Source of the DNA: Eledone cirrhosa | Lineage: Eukaryota | NCBI GenBank assembly: GCA_964016885.1 | Contig: OZ024747.1 | Coordinates: 21,390,001 to 21,454,000, forward strand | Direction of reading: 5' to 3' | DNA: 64,000 nt | Shown: positions 39,048 through 53,745 of the stretch, in pieces | Position numbering within the stretch: position 1 is the stretch's first letter | Layout: every line of letters begins with the position of its first letter | The notes under the pieces: generated by a model | What the model was told of the DNA's origin: nothing | Databases searched by the model: none | Seen by the model: only the letters and a program-made list of their open reading frames with translations | Translations under genes and position numbers: made by a program

Positions 39048-39570
39048 GGGGATGGGGGACTTGTTCAAATTATTAAGAATTGCCACTATATTAACGATTT
39101 TTGGTTTTGTTTGATTTGTATTTTGTTGTTTGGGGAAGATTGGTGGGTTGGTAGCTTTGTGTTTTAGTTGTCGTAATGATGTTGTTATCATTGAAGCTTC
39201 ATCTGAAACATTCAAAATGAAAATATATGTGGCAGTTGCCATTAATTCAGGCAACAGCATACGGTTTCTTTTTCTCTGCTGCGATTGAGAAGTTCATCTG
39301 TATGCCATATATAACCAAGCTTGTTTAATTTTGTCCAAATTTAATCACAGACAGAAAATGTTATTTCTTACAACAAAAAAAAACTTCATGCCAGGTGAAA
39401 GATTATCAAAATATTTTAACAATAGACTTGGTCTATTTGTGATAATCATGCATCTTATAACTGTGTACATGTCTGCAAGATATCATCATCATCATTATCA
39501 CATATATATATGTATTGCATATATCATCATCATTTTACGTCCGCTTTTCCCTGCTTGCAAGGGTGGGACA

Positions 39571-39603
<33 letters not shown>

Positions 39604-39951
39604 TATATAATCTCTGATGAAACATAATCTCTGATGATATGGAATCGATTGTGCATTGGATGTCGAATGCTCTACTAACTATATAATATTATAGATGCAG
39701 CGAGATCTAGGCAAATTGATGTCTATTGAAACGTACGTTAGAACCGAATAAATCTCTTTTACTGCATCTTTCTGTTCTTTTTGATTCTTTATACACGCCC
39801 CGGAGTATAGCTAAACTGGAATATACACCTATTTTCTGCATTTCGTTGAGCACCACTCTGTTGTAAGCTGACCTTCCCTTACACGGTACATAACACTGTG
39901 TCCTGGAAAACCTTAATGCACTCGTGCATAACCAATTATATATATATATAT

Positions 39952-40095
39952 GGAGGCACATGGCTTAGTGGTTAGAGCATTGGCCTTGCAATCGAAAGGT
40001 TGTGAGTTCAATTCTCAGACCGGTTGATGTGTTGTTTCCTTGAGCAAGACACTTTATTTCACATTGCTCCAGTTTACTCAGCTGTAGAAATGAGA
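39952..40095 (+). mobile_element. SINE family B, 5' part
   Basis: A/B boxes and core as in 10201. Confidence 0.8.
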
Positions 40096-40829
40096 TGATA
40101 GGGACTGGGGTCCCTATAATTCCACTGCAAAGTGGTCATGGAGGTGCCACGGCAAAAAAAGCACCCAGCACTCACTGTAAATGAGGTTGGTGTTAGGAAG
40201 GGCATCCAGCTGTAGAAATCAAGCCAGAATCAGTTCCCGTCCCACCCTTGCAAGCAGGGAAAAAGCGGACGTAAAATGAAATGATGATGTATGTATCACT
40301 GTTTTGTCATTGCCTTGATATATATATATATATGTTGTTTTCTTTGTTATTTTTGTTTGGCTTTTGCATATATATATATATAGAGAGAGAAAGAGATAGA
40401 TATATATAGATATATAGATATGTATGCATATATATATTACACTTCTCATTTTAAATACTTGTGTACATGTCTGTGGGAATATCATCTCATCATTACATAG
40501 AAATACACACACACATACACACACACATATATATATGTATATATTATCATCATTTTTACATCCACTTTTCCCTGCTGGCATGGGTTTGGACCGGATGTTT
40601 TGAGACAATGTTTTATAGCTGGATGCTCTTCCTAATGCCAACCCTTTTAGTCACCTCTTATGACATACAAGGATACATTGTACATTGTGCCTATTCTGTA
40701 AACTGGGATACACACATACACACATGATGGGCACAGGCTTAAGCTGAAGCATACATATATATATAGTATGCAGCACCACCACCCCACCCTTCCATCATGG
40801 GGACAGTCTATAGCATACATCTAGTGAAG

Positions 40830-41040
40830 CCTCCAGCCCACACTGTAATATGGTCATGGTGGCGACACAACAAAATGCACCCAGCCCGCACTGTAAAGTG
40901 GTCATGATGTCAACACAACAAAAAGTGCCCAGCCCACACTGTAAAGTGGTCGTGATGGTGACACAGCAAAAAGCACCCAACCCACACAGTAAAGTGGTTG
41001 TGTAGGAGTCATGACAAAATGCACCCAGCACACACTGAAA
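40830..41040 (+). repeat. ~43-bp degenerate tandem repeat derived from a SINE 3' segment
   Basis: CACCCAGCCCACACTGTAAAGTGGT units; similar arrays at ~47160-47330 and, inverted, ~29750-29920 and 62660-62820. Confidence 0.65.
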
Positions 41041-42184
41041 GGGCACCAAGCCATAGAAACCAAGCCAGAAACAGTTCTGTGTGAGCAAGACATCATTTGA
41101 ATGGAATAACAACACCCAAACAAACAACACTGACCTAAGAGAAGTATAAATAAGTAAATAAAATAAAATAAATAAATAAATAAATAAATAAATACATACA
41201 CAAGCACAATAACAACAAGCACATAAACACACACTAGTCACCCATCACACAGCAAACAAAACACTATACACACACGCAAACGCATGCGCAAAGAAGACAA
41301 AATAAAATAAACAAACAAGCAAATAAATAAATAAATATATAGACAGACTGAATAAAAATAGCGTAGACATACAATACAACAGGAGGAAACGATAGCACCA
41401 CTGACGATGTTGCAGATGTGCAACGAAAGATTTATGATAAACTATATATATGTGTTTGTGTCTATATTGTATCTGTATTATTTTTGACCGTCGGTCAGTC
41501 AATGGCAACATTGAGGACCGAGTAAGTTAGATTACCGATATAAAAGACACAGAAGCGAGAAGCGAAAACCAACCAAACAGTGAGTGTGTTCTGTTATTAA
41601 TTCTGGCAATATTACACAAATATGACCCTCCCCAAGTATAACAATATTTGTTTCGACACACGATTTCGTATAAAAAACCTCACAAAACTATATATATATA
41701 TATATATATATATATGATAATAAGGGCGCTGCGGAGTTGCAAATGGGTTACATATGAAAAAGGTTTGTCCTTCATCAGTGATCTTCGAACCATCATAGGC
41801 ATTTCATCGCTTTAAAGACCATATACCTCCGGTTGGTGCGAGCAACGGCTAAAAAAAGTCGTTGGGACACGTTGGAACGCGAGGGTAAACAAACAAAATG
41901 GTGAAGCAACAGAAAGTGAGGAAGAAAGAGACAAGTCCCAGATTATATATATATATACACGCATATACATTACATAAATATGTGCATGGATATAGATATA
42001 TTTAACCTTGGGAAGATATGGGGCAAAACAATAATAACAGCAGTAACAGCCTAGGTCAGTCAGTAAAAAATCTAAGATGCTGTAACAATGGATATTCTAA
42101 TTGGTAAGCACTTAGATTGTCTTGTATTTTCTGAGTTCATAACTAGCTTGAGTATGACTTCCTTAATTCCCAACCCTCCAATAA

Positions 42185-45100
42185 TCACCACCACAACACC
42201 ACTAAAACTACCATCACAACCACCATTACCACCACAACCACTACTATTACCACCATCACTACAACCATTATCACTACAACTACCATCACAACCACTATTA
42301 CCACCACAACAACAACCACCACAGCCACTACTACTACCAACATCACTACAACCATTACCACTACAACTACCATCACAACCACCATTACCACCACAACAAC
42401 CACCATAACCACTACTACTACCACCATCACTACAACCACTACTACTACAGCTACCATCACAACCACCATTACCACTACTACTACCACCATCACAACAACT
42501 ATTACCACTGCAACTACCATCACAACCACCATTACCACCACAACAACCACCACAGCCACTACTACTACTACCATCACTACAACCACTACCACTACAACTA
42601 CCATCACAACCACTATTACCACCACAACAACAACCACCACAGCCACTACTACTACCACCATCACTACAACCACTACTACTACAACTACCATCACAACCAC
42701 CATTACCACCACAACAACCACCACAGCCACTACTACTACCACCATCACTACAACCACTACTACTACAGCTACCATCACAACCACCCTAACCACCACAACA
42801 ACAACCACCACAGCCACTACTACTACCACCATCACTACAACCACTACTACTACAGCTACCATCACAACCACCATTACCACTACTACTACCACCATCACGA
42901 CAACCATTACCACTGCAACTACCATCACAACCACCATTACCACCACCACAACAACCACCACAGCCACTACTACTACCACCATCACTACAACCACTACTAC
43001 TACAGCTACCATCACAACCACCATTACCACCACCACAACAACCACCACAGCCACTACTACTACCACCATCACTACAACCACGACAGCCACTACAACTACC
43101 ATCACAACCACCATTACCACCACCACAACAACCACCACAGCCACTACTACTACCACCATCACTACAACCACTACTACTACAGCTACCATCACAACCACCA
43201 TTACCACCACCACAACAACCACCACAGCCACTACTACTACCACCATCACTACAACCACGACAGCCACTACAACTACCATCACAACCACCATTACCACCAC
43301 CACAACAACCACCACAGCCACTACTACTACCACCATCACTACAACCACTACTACTACAACTACCATCACAACCACCATTACCACCACAACAACCACCACA
43401 GCCACTACTACTACCACCATCACTACAACCATTACCACTACAACTACCATCACAACCACTATTACCACCACCACAACAACCACCACAGCCACTACTACTA
43501 CCACCATCACTACAACCACTACCACTACAACTACCATCACAACCACCATTACCACCACCACAACAACCACGACAGCCACTACTACTACCACCATCACTAC
43601 AACCACTACTACTACAACTACCATCACAACCACCATTACCACCACCACAACAACCACGACAGCCACTACTACTACCACCATCACTACAACCACTACTACT
43701 ACAACTACCATCACAACCACCATTACCACCACCACAACAACCACGACAGCCACTACTACTACCACCATCACTACAACCACTACTACTACAACTACCATCA
43801 CAACCACCATTACCACCACCACAACAACCACGACAGTCACTACTACTACCACCATCACTACAACCACTACTACTACAACTACCATCACAACCACCATTAC
43901 CACCACCACAACAACCACGACAGCCACTACTACTACCACCATCACTACAACCACTACTACTACAACTACCATCACAACCACCATTACCACCACCACAACA
44001 ACCACGACAGCCACTACTACTACCACCATCACTACAACCACTACTACTACAACTACCATCACAACCACCATTACCACCACCACAACAACCACGACAGTCA
44101 CTACTACTACCACCATCACTACAACCACTACTACTACAACTACCATCACAACCACCATTACCACCACCACAACAACCACGACAGCCACTACTACTACCAC
44201 CATCACTACAACCACTACTACTACAACTACCATCACAACCACCATTACCACCACCACAACAACCACCACAGCCACTACTACTACCACCATCACTACAACC
44301 ACTACTACTACAACTACCATCACAACCACCATTACCACCACCACAACAACCACGACAGCCACTACTACTACCACCATCACTACAACCACTACCACTACAA
44401 CTACCATCACAACCACCATTACCACCACCACAACAACCACCACAGCCACTACTACTACCACCATCACTACAACCACTACTACTACAGCTACCATCACAAC
44501 CACCATTACCACCACAACAACAACCACCACAGCCACTACTACTACCACCATCACTACAACCACTACTACTACAACTACCATCACAACTACCATTACCACC
44601 ACAACAACAACCACCACAGCCACTACTACTACCACCATCACTACAACCACTACCACTACAACTACCATCACAACCACCATTACCACCACAACAACCACCA
44701 CAGTCACTACTACTACCACCATCACTACAACCACTACTACTACAGCTACCATCACAACCACCACAGCCACTACTACTACCACCATCACTACAACCATTAC
44801 CACTACAACTACCATCACAACCACCATTACCACCACCACAACAACCACAGCCACTACTACTACCACTACTACAACAACCATCACAACCACAACAACCACC
44901 ACAGCTACTACTACTACCACCATCACTACAACCACCTGCACAACACCACTAAAACCATCACTACTACAACCACCATCACAGCTGCCACAACAACCACCAC
45001 AGCCACTACTACTACCACCATCACTACAACCACTACCACTACAACTACCATCACAACCACAACAACCACCACAGCTACTACTACTACTACCACCATCATT

Positions 45101-45250
45101 ACAACCACCTGCACAACACCACTAAAACCATCACTACTACAACCACCATCACAGCTGCCACAACAAACACCATTGCCATTACTACCACCAACACAACTAC
45201 AACCACCTCTACAACCACCATCACCAACACAACCACTACTATCACCATCA
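42185..45250. repeat. 87-bp minisatellite built from ACN/CCA triplets (~35 units)
   Basis: Marker CCACGACAG recurs at 87-bp spacing (e.g. 43570, 43657); explains the 918-aa poly-Val minus ORF. Confidence 0.93.
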
Positions 45251-46024
45251 CCAGAAAGACAAAGACCCACATCAGTGATGCACCAATTTGCTAGTTATAG
45301 AATTGTACAAGTGACTGAAATACAGTATTCCCTGTCGGGGAATATTCATTTTCATCTGTGGCAATTTCAAGTGCATTTGCTGCCAAACGTAAATGTTGCT
45401 GAACATTTTGTGTGCACCCACTGCTTGCAATGCTTTCATAGTATAGTGTTTCTAACAAACACATTTCATTTCACTCGTGTTTATTCTGAGAGAAACTATG
45501 TACCCCACACAGATAACGATTTATTTTCTATTTTCTTAAACTGAAATTATGCTCACCAGGCAAACATAAAACATATATTATATAGTAACTTATTAACTCT
45601 ATTTCGTTGTTTCTTAAATACCATCTTCTTTTCTCTCTCTCTCTCTCTCTATCTCTATCTATCTATCTCTCTCCCTCTCTCTCTCTCTGTGCATATATAT
45701 ATATATATAAATATAAATTAGCGAGAATCGTATTTCAGCTCAGGAATTAACGAAAATCAACGTCCAATATGTGTGGCAAGCGCTCGATGATTCATGTGAA
45801 TCAGAGCTACAACATACGTTATATATATATATGCACACACACATAGGAAAAGAGTCTTTTCCAAATAACCCACTCTACTACCTTAAGTATTGAGTACTCT
45901 GGTGTGATGTGGTCCACCTGGTATCTTACCACACCCTCTTTTTTATATATACACACACACATATATATATATAAACAAGAAGTGTAAGTCAACAGGTTAA
46001 AATTAACTTTGTTTATTTATATTC

Positions 46025-46083
46025 GCTGTTATATTTATTTCGGTAATAACCATTATTCAACAGCTATGACCTCATCCAACAGC
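46025..46083 (-). ncRNA. Hammerhead motif with mutated core (likely inactive)
   Basis: GCUGU-UGGAUGA-GGU..long stem II..ACC-GAA-AU(AAAU)AU-A-ACAGC; homologous to 50094-50158. Confidence 0.5.
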
Positions 46084-49000
46084 TAGAACTTGAACAGAAA
46101 AAACAGAAAAACATAATGATGGAACAAAGTTTACCTCTGTTATTTCGATCTTTTAATATACCCAGTCCCGAAGTATGGTGTTGTTTTCTCATTTTTGGCT
46201 TTTTTTGTTGGGGAACGGCGGTGGGGTCTTTTTCTTGAACTTTTGTTGAGAGATATATAAATTAATATCTGCCAAAAAATATATGTACTGAAGAGCTTAA
46301 TTTTCTTGTTTCCTTTTTGCTTCTTATTATAGTAGAGAGCTATATGCTTTATGCCTTAGCTCTTTTATTTTAAAAAAAAAAGCTGTTGTCACTAGAATCT
46401 GACTGGTACCTCAAACTTTAAGGTTATTTGATTCAGCTTTGCCTTTTCACCTCTTCCATATTTTATGTCATGACAGAAAGAACAATGCATATAGCCTTTC
46501 CAGGCTTCCCCAGATTTTGATGGAGTTGATGTATCAACAGCTTTCCTAATTTTACTGTTATTTATCTGTATGTATTCTAGTTGAGAGGGTTTGCTGTTGA
46601 GAAGGTTTCAGCTATATTAATGTTTTTATTTAATTGAAGAACAGGTCTGATCATGCTGATTCATGATGAAAAACATTCCAGACATGACCATTCCATAGTT
46701 TGTTCAGATATACTAATATATCTAGGGTTACTTTATCTAATGTATGACTTGAGGTAGATTTGTTTGCCATTTCTAGCATATCAAATTACTACATAGAGGC
46801 AACTTTGTCAGCTCATTTCTCTTCACAGACATGGTAACAACAATAAACTAGGTTACTTGTGACAGATTTGTATCTGGAACAAAGTTACAGAGTAGTGAAG
46901 ATATCACTGATTTGAAATCCTTCAACATTTCAATCATCTTACATGTTAAAATTATTTTAACACTGTTCAACTGTTTCACTGAGATCAATTTAGCAAATCC
47001 ACAGTTACATAGAACTTTTGATAATTGTAAGCAAAGATTGTAAATAAAAGTCAAAATGTTAACACTAATATCATTCTTGAGTTGAAGTTATACACACAGT
47101 GTGACTGTTTGGATAATTCGATGCTTGTGTTGTAATGTAGTATTACTGGTGTCACAATATAAAGCCTCCAACCCACTCTGTAAAGTGGCAGTGTTGGTAC
47201 CAAGAAGAAAGCACCGAGCTTAGCATGTAAGGTGGTAGTGTTGGTGCCACAGTGAAAAGCATCCAGTCCACTCTGTAATGTGGTAGTGTGGGAGTCACAA
47301 TAAAATGCTCCCTGTACATGCTCTAAACTGGTTGGTGTTAGGATGAGCATCCAGTCATAGAAACCAAGCTAAAACAAAGTTTACAAGCAAGACACAGTCA
47401 CATGACTGGTTGGGCCTCAGCATGTGACAACATGTCTAACCAATGCAAGCATGGAAAATAAATGTTAAATGGTGATGATAACGATGTTTATAAGTATGGC
47501 CCAATACATCATCACCATTTTACGTCCATTCTTCCATGCTAGCATGGGTTAGATGGGTTGTCCTGTTGTGGGCAATGTCAGCAATACAGCAGTAGTTATT
47601 TTAACCCACCTATAATCACCTGTGATTCTATGAATCAAAGCCACTCACTTCAAAAGATATTTGTTTAAATTAAAATCTCCCAACACAAATTCATGTAAGA
47701 GCGTTTTATCATAAGTTATGTTACAAATACCCTCATGATAATGAAATAATTAATAATTTTATTAAATCTCATCAAATTCTTCATTAATTACTTCAATTAC
47801 AGTGTATTTCATTGGGAATATGGTAACAAAAGGTTTAATGTTGCAAACAATTTAATGACATTTTTCTGTTAGGGAGGGATTTCATTTTCTATGGAAATTT
47901 GATCTTTGATGAAGTATGATACGTAAATAATGTGAACATATAAAAGTATGGCTCTGCAGCATATTACCAGATAGAGTCTTTTCATTAGAAACTATAATTA
48001 GTGTATATTATTTCCTTGGATTAATCATATGATGTATATATCTTCAGCCATGCTCTAACAACACAATATTACAAACTCTTTTATTTAGTTGTTTTTTTTT
48101 TAAACTGTTGCCACAATTTTATTTGTATTATTTGTGAAACTTCAATTCTATTATATCAATTATCACAGTCACAACTTTGCTTTTTTTTTCTTCAGCGACT
48201 TCAAAGATGGCATTCAGCATTTTGTAAGAGATATTTTTAAAATATTAGTGTTAGAAGGTTACTTTAAGCTTCTGTTGGCAGAGGCTTCAAAAGATTAACG
48301 TAAATTTTTGTGGCTGTTTTCCAAAATATTTATTAAATTTTGAGTTTGTTATTAATCACAATGAAACAAAAAGAAACGACAACTTTGGTCCAACTTAATT
48401 TTTTTTTTTAGAAAAATGATAATAACCAAACAAACAAACAAACATAATAAATATTTTGTAATTAATTAGATGTAAACTAATCAAATATTAATATAAGATA
48501 TAAGCAGCGATTGACTGAGTTAATGAGATGGTAGACAACCAGTTAAGAGGATCATGATTCACATCACGAAAGGTTTGTCAATGGCTAAGGTAATAAACTT
48601 CAGTTGACCAAACAACCAGGATGTTAATCATCAAACTCACTAGAGAGATCTTTAACTGTATGTGTGGATATAATTGCCTGTTCCCTGCATGTGTGTGTGC
48701 TTAAGTGTGTGCATTTGCATGTCTCTATATGAAAATATGCATGGGCATTTGTTTGTGCATATGTATTCCTCATGCCTGTATGTATCTGATTATCTATCTA
48801 TCTCCCCTCCCCTCTCTTCCTCTCTTTATTCCTCTCTCTCTCTCTCCCTCTCCCTCTCTCCCCTCCCTCTCTCCCCTCCCTCTCTCGCCTCTCCTCCTCT
48901 CTCTCCCGCTTTCCCCTCCCCTCCCTCCCTCTCCCTCTCTCTCCCCCTCTCTCCAACTCTTTTTTAAAGTGCAGAAAGACTGTGCACTGAGCCAATCCCA

Positions 49001-49789
49001 CTCTCTGAGCGACAGTAGCTATAACCCAAAAAGAAGAAAAGATCAACATCACCGGTAACTACTGAGCCACAGGTTTTATGTCGGAGTTATCCCAGTTTCT
49101 TGAGCTGCCTTCTCCTAGAAAGGCTAGGGGTCCTTCACTCCCATACATACATACATACATACACATACACACACGCATGTACACACACACATACATCCAT
49201 GCATACATACATACATATACATATAAAGAGAAAGAGAGAGGTAGAGAAAGATAGAGATGTGTGTGTATGTATGTGAAATGCATGTATGTAAACATATATT
49301 TAAAATATATAACTGTGTGTGTGTGTATGTGTTTGTATATGTGTGCCTGTATGTATGTGTGTGGTGCAATGCCCAAATTGAAGAGTATTTTGTACTGGAA
49401 AACACGCAAACTTAGTGTAGCAGTGTTTGTGTTTCTTTGTGTTGTTTTATTTTTGATCTTCTAAGATCATCTTAGCACAAGTGTACTGAGATGACCTGGG
49501 GCCTGCATCCCGGGAGTCAGATTTCCATCATTTATTAGAGTAGAGCAACTAAGAAAGAGAGGTGGGAGATATTTGGAGACATCATGCTGCTACACAGAAA
49601 ATTAGAGTGTGTGAGTGTGTGTTTGTGTGTGTGTGTTTGCGTGTGTGTATGTGCGTGTGTTCTTTAGTTTGTTTTGGCCATTATAGCTAAGGCCAAACTG
49701 CTGCATCGTCTTTCATTATCTATGTGTGTGTGGACATGTATGTGTGTAGGCATGTGTGTGTGTGTTCGTATGTAACACACACACACCTC

Positions 49790-49820
<31 letters not shown>

Positions 49821-50093
49821 CTCTCTCTCTCTTTCTAACAACTGTCTGTTTTCAAAGTTTCCAATGCTTCATAAGCCAACTAATTTGGTTTATATATATA
49901 TATTATACATATATATTACATATATATATATATATATATATAATTAGAGTATGTGTTAGTTTATCACTGACACTTCAGTATGCAGGGTAGAGCACTCAAC
50001 GAAGTACACAGGTGGGTCTGTTTACTCTGGAGTATATTTATAAACATGAAATACAAGTCAACAGGTTATAATTCACTTCATTTATTCATAATC

Positions 50094-50158
50094 ACTGTTA
50101 TATATATATATATTTCAGTGATTACCATTATGCAACAGTTATGACCTCATCAGGCAGC
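50094..50158 (-). ncRNA. Type I hammerhead motif with (AU)7 stem III
   Basis: GCUGC-CUGAUGA-GGU..ACU-GAA-(AU)7-A-ACAGU: intact core, extended stem II, one C.A mismatch at the base of stem I. Confidence 0.6.
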
Positions 50159-50599
50159 TAGAAGTTGAACAGAAAAAAAACTTGAAGAAGAAATAAAGCT
50201 TACTTCTGTTATTTCGATTCATTGATATGCTCTGGGCTGATATTTGGTGTTGGTTTCTCAAAGCACTGGTAACATATGTTACCACTACTACCAAGTGCAT
50301 ACTATGGGTAGGCCCTTTCACTTAGGACATGCTCACTACTTTCACCATCATCATCATCATCATCATCATCAACAATTAACGTCCATTTTCCCTGCTAACA
50401 AAGATTGAACGGGTCATCACAGACCAAGTCAGTACTCAAGCGGAGCTACTGACTTCTTAGATTGGCCAGAGGCTTTGCTTATATATGTTTCCAGTTTTTA
50501 CTGAATGTTCAGATGGGCTGGGTGCCTGCATCTCACTTACATACAGTTCTGTGTTCTACCAAGTCCATTTTATCGTAGCACCAGCTCTAGGGAGATTAT

Positions 50600-51200
50600 C
50601 ATATCTTTCACATAGCAGAAGAAGCATTCTGACCCTTTGTTTTCTACATTTCAGTAAATTTACTGAAGAGCATCATTTCAATCGGTACTTTCACATCCCT
50701 CTCTAAATGGAACTTGAAAAAGTAGATGAGGGTTTGAATGAGGAGGAAAATGTCTGTCCTCAGTCCTTTTAGTCAAGTCCTCTGCACAACCTATTATGCT
50801 ATAGGTCCCAGACAAAGGAAATCTGTATATCCTTTCTGATCAAAGAAAAGCAATGGAGAAATTTTCAGAGCGAATTACCCAATAGTTGGGTTGACCCTAC
50901 ACTAGACATTTGTTTGATATAACTTCACAAGGCAGCAATGCTTATATCCTGAACAAATGCAAGCAGAATTTCATTGCTCTGCATACATCATGAATAGGCT
51001 CAGCTCACAGTACATCTGTGCCTGTAGAATTTAGTTCAAACTGACAATGCTTCATAGTAGTACTGCCATGTCAAAGATTTATGGAAATTATCCATAGTCC
51101 TTGGGCTAAAATTCTTTCATAACTGTTCAGCTACATGATTCTTGTCGACACTCAGCGTTTTTGTCAGCAAGATCAATGTTGTTGTCTTTCCCTTCCACTC
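50600..51200 (-). pseudogene. Possible heavily decayed Tx1/L1-like LINE 3' end
   Basis: Minus frame LIYFFKFHLERDVKV...FSKFTEM loosely resembles Tx1 C-termini; many stops. Confidence 0.3.
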
Positions 51201-51303
51201 ATCCTATATAGAAGGCTAATGTCAAAGTTCCACCAAGCGTATTGCTCAACTGGTAGAGGGATGAGGATGATAATGATGAAGATGATGATAAAATAATAAT
51301 AAC

Positions 51304-51353
<50 letters not shown>

Positions 51354-52073
51354 CAATGGTCATAAACCCATTCTACTGCAACATCTCTGTTTCTATAACA
51401 AAAACATCACAACACCTTGCTTGGAAACTTATTTCAATTGAATACCAATTGTATAAACATACCATTGTACACTATCTTTTGATTTGTCTGTCTCTTTGTC
51501 TGCCATTTTCAATGTATGTCTCTGTCTGACTGTATGTATTTCTATATGATAGATAATTTTTTATTATCTACTTGCTGTTCTTCATTCCTCTTTCTTTTTT
51601 TTTTTGTTTCTCTCTCTCTCTCTCTCTCTCCTTCCTTCTTTTCCTTCACAAGTTCTGTCTGTCTGACTAGCCCCACCTCACTTCCATTCCCATATTTACC
51701 TACAAACCTCACACAGCCAACACCATCCAAAGTATTGGTAAAGTAACAGAAACAAGTCACTCTATGTAGATTTACAAATACTATCATAAACCAAAAGAAG
51801 AACATTTATGTAATTGGATTAATCATGGCCCAAAGTATTCTAAATGCAGCATGTGTGTTTGTGCGAACATGTTCATGCATAAAAGTATGTATACGTATAT
51901 ATATATATATGTGAATATATATATATATACATACATATATGTATGTATGTATGTGGAAAAACAAGCTTAAAAACGATGATGCTGATATATATCGCATATA
52001 TATATATACATATATATATAAGTAAATATATATCATATGTATAAACATATATATATATATTTATAACACATAC

Positions 52074-52164
<91 letters not shown>

Positions 52165-52191
52165 GAATAGAGGTGTAACACATGAGTTATG

Positions 52192-52576
52192 ATATATTGG
52201 TAAAAGGAAAAGAAAATGCTGACAAATTGTTCCCAGTGAAAAATAGTTTAATTAGGAATAAGTAAAAATTAGTAATAGTATTGGTTAGTATTCAGTTTTG
52301 GTTTTAAGTTTTACCGGTTGCGCATTTCTAATGCTTTTGAAAAATAATTTTGAGATAGAGCGCCCGTGATGTTTGCTCTAATCTGATTAGAGCAAACATC
52401 ACGGGCGCTCTATCTCAAAATTATTTTTCAAAAGCATTAGAAATGCGCAACCGGTAAAACTTAAAACCAAAACTGAATACTAACCAATACTATTACTAAT
52501 TTTTACTTATTCCTAATTAAACTATTTTTCACTGGGAACAATTTGTCAGCATTTTCTTTTCCTTTTACCAATATAT
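52192..52576. repeat. Perfect palindrome, 192-bp arms, 1-nt spacer
   Basis: 52192-52383 is the reverse complement of 52385-52576, centre ...CTAATC-T-GATTAG...; flanked by (TA)n tracts. Confidence 0.95.
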
Positions 52577-53094
52577 ATATATATATATATTTGTACATGT
52601 ATGTGTGTATAAGTTGCTACAAATGTTGAATCAGCACATTTATATAAACCAGCAGTGATATTGTTTATATCATTCGATAAACAATACAGTTTGACATCTG
52701 TCATGAATAATACTTTTTTATTAATCAGGATCGACATCTGGCCTAAGAAAACCTGCCTCATAAAGTATTGTCCCAGCCTATGCAAAAGGATAATGATGCT
52801 ATAGGTAATAATATGGCACATGTAGAGGGGCTGGGAGTGTAATGGCTGACTAACAATAACATGTGCTTTCTCTCCTCATTACCCTTCTTACTCTCATTTA
52901 TTTTGTCGCTCTTTTTTTTATCTTCTGATGAAAGACTATCATTCGAAACATTAAAATTCTGTTCCAACTATATCAAATATCAAACTAATATGCAACCATT
53001 ATATTGTGTTGTACTTCTGCTTTGTTTTCCCATGTCAACTTTTCTCTGGTTGTGTGTATGTGTGTGAAGAATGTATTAAGAAAGCTAGTAAAAT

Positions 53095-53390
53095 TCTTCT
53101 TCTTCTTCTTCTTCTTCTTCTTCTTCTTCTTCTTCTTCTTCTTCTTCTTCTTCTTCTTCTTTGCCCACTTATTCCTGGGATGGCAAGACCAACCATCTTG
53201 CTCGAGGTCTGTCCTTGGATCTCCTGCCAGTTGACTTTGCCTGTAAAATCTGTTCAGTAATTATTTTCTGAGACGTTCTAACAACATGTCTGCAGTAGCA
53301 GAGCTGTGATCTCTCAATTTGGAGAAGTAGCAGCTCTCGTGGAGTGACTCCCTGATCACTGGAGACAACAAGTGTCTCAATTTTCACAGC
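53095..53390 (-). pseudogene. 3' fragment of RTE-clade LINE with adjacent (AAG)n tract
   Basis: LLLQIERSQLCYCRHVVRTSQKIITEQILQAKSTGRRSKDRPRARW matches the RTE ORF2 end; (TTC)n at 53095-53160 may be its tail. Confidence 0.75.
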
Positions 53391-53745
53391 ACTGACTTTT
53401 ATTCCTGTTGTGCAGCTCTTGGCAAATTCCAGTTGACTGATCCTACAAACACCAGTCTTGATATCACTTCCAACACAGCTGTGTGATTCTTAGAATCATA
53501 GCGACTTTACATCTATTTCCCATGTTTCCATGGGTTAGACAGGCTATCACATTGTAAGGCTTGAGAGGGTAAAAGATTGTATCTTGCTCATACATTCTGT
53601 TTTGCCATGGTTTTTGAGGGCTGATTGCCCTTCCTTATGCCAACCCCTTCATGGCATATACTGGGTTCATTTTCTAGCACCACTACAACCACCTGACAAA
53701 CTCAGTTGATTGCTTTTTTCATGGTAGCAGCACTATCATTTAGAG

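Noticed and set aside
42185-44941. 918-aa poly-Val ORF
   Set aside because: Antisense reading of an ACN-triplet repeat; compositionally implausible protein.
52925-52965. CTGATGA...GAAAC hammerhead-like spacing (also ~39614-39670 and ~41770)
   Set aside because: Stems I-III cannot be paired convincingly, or the GAAA is missing.
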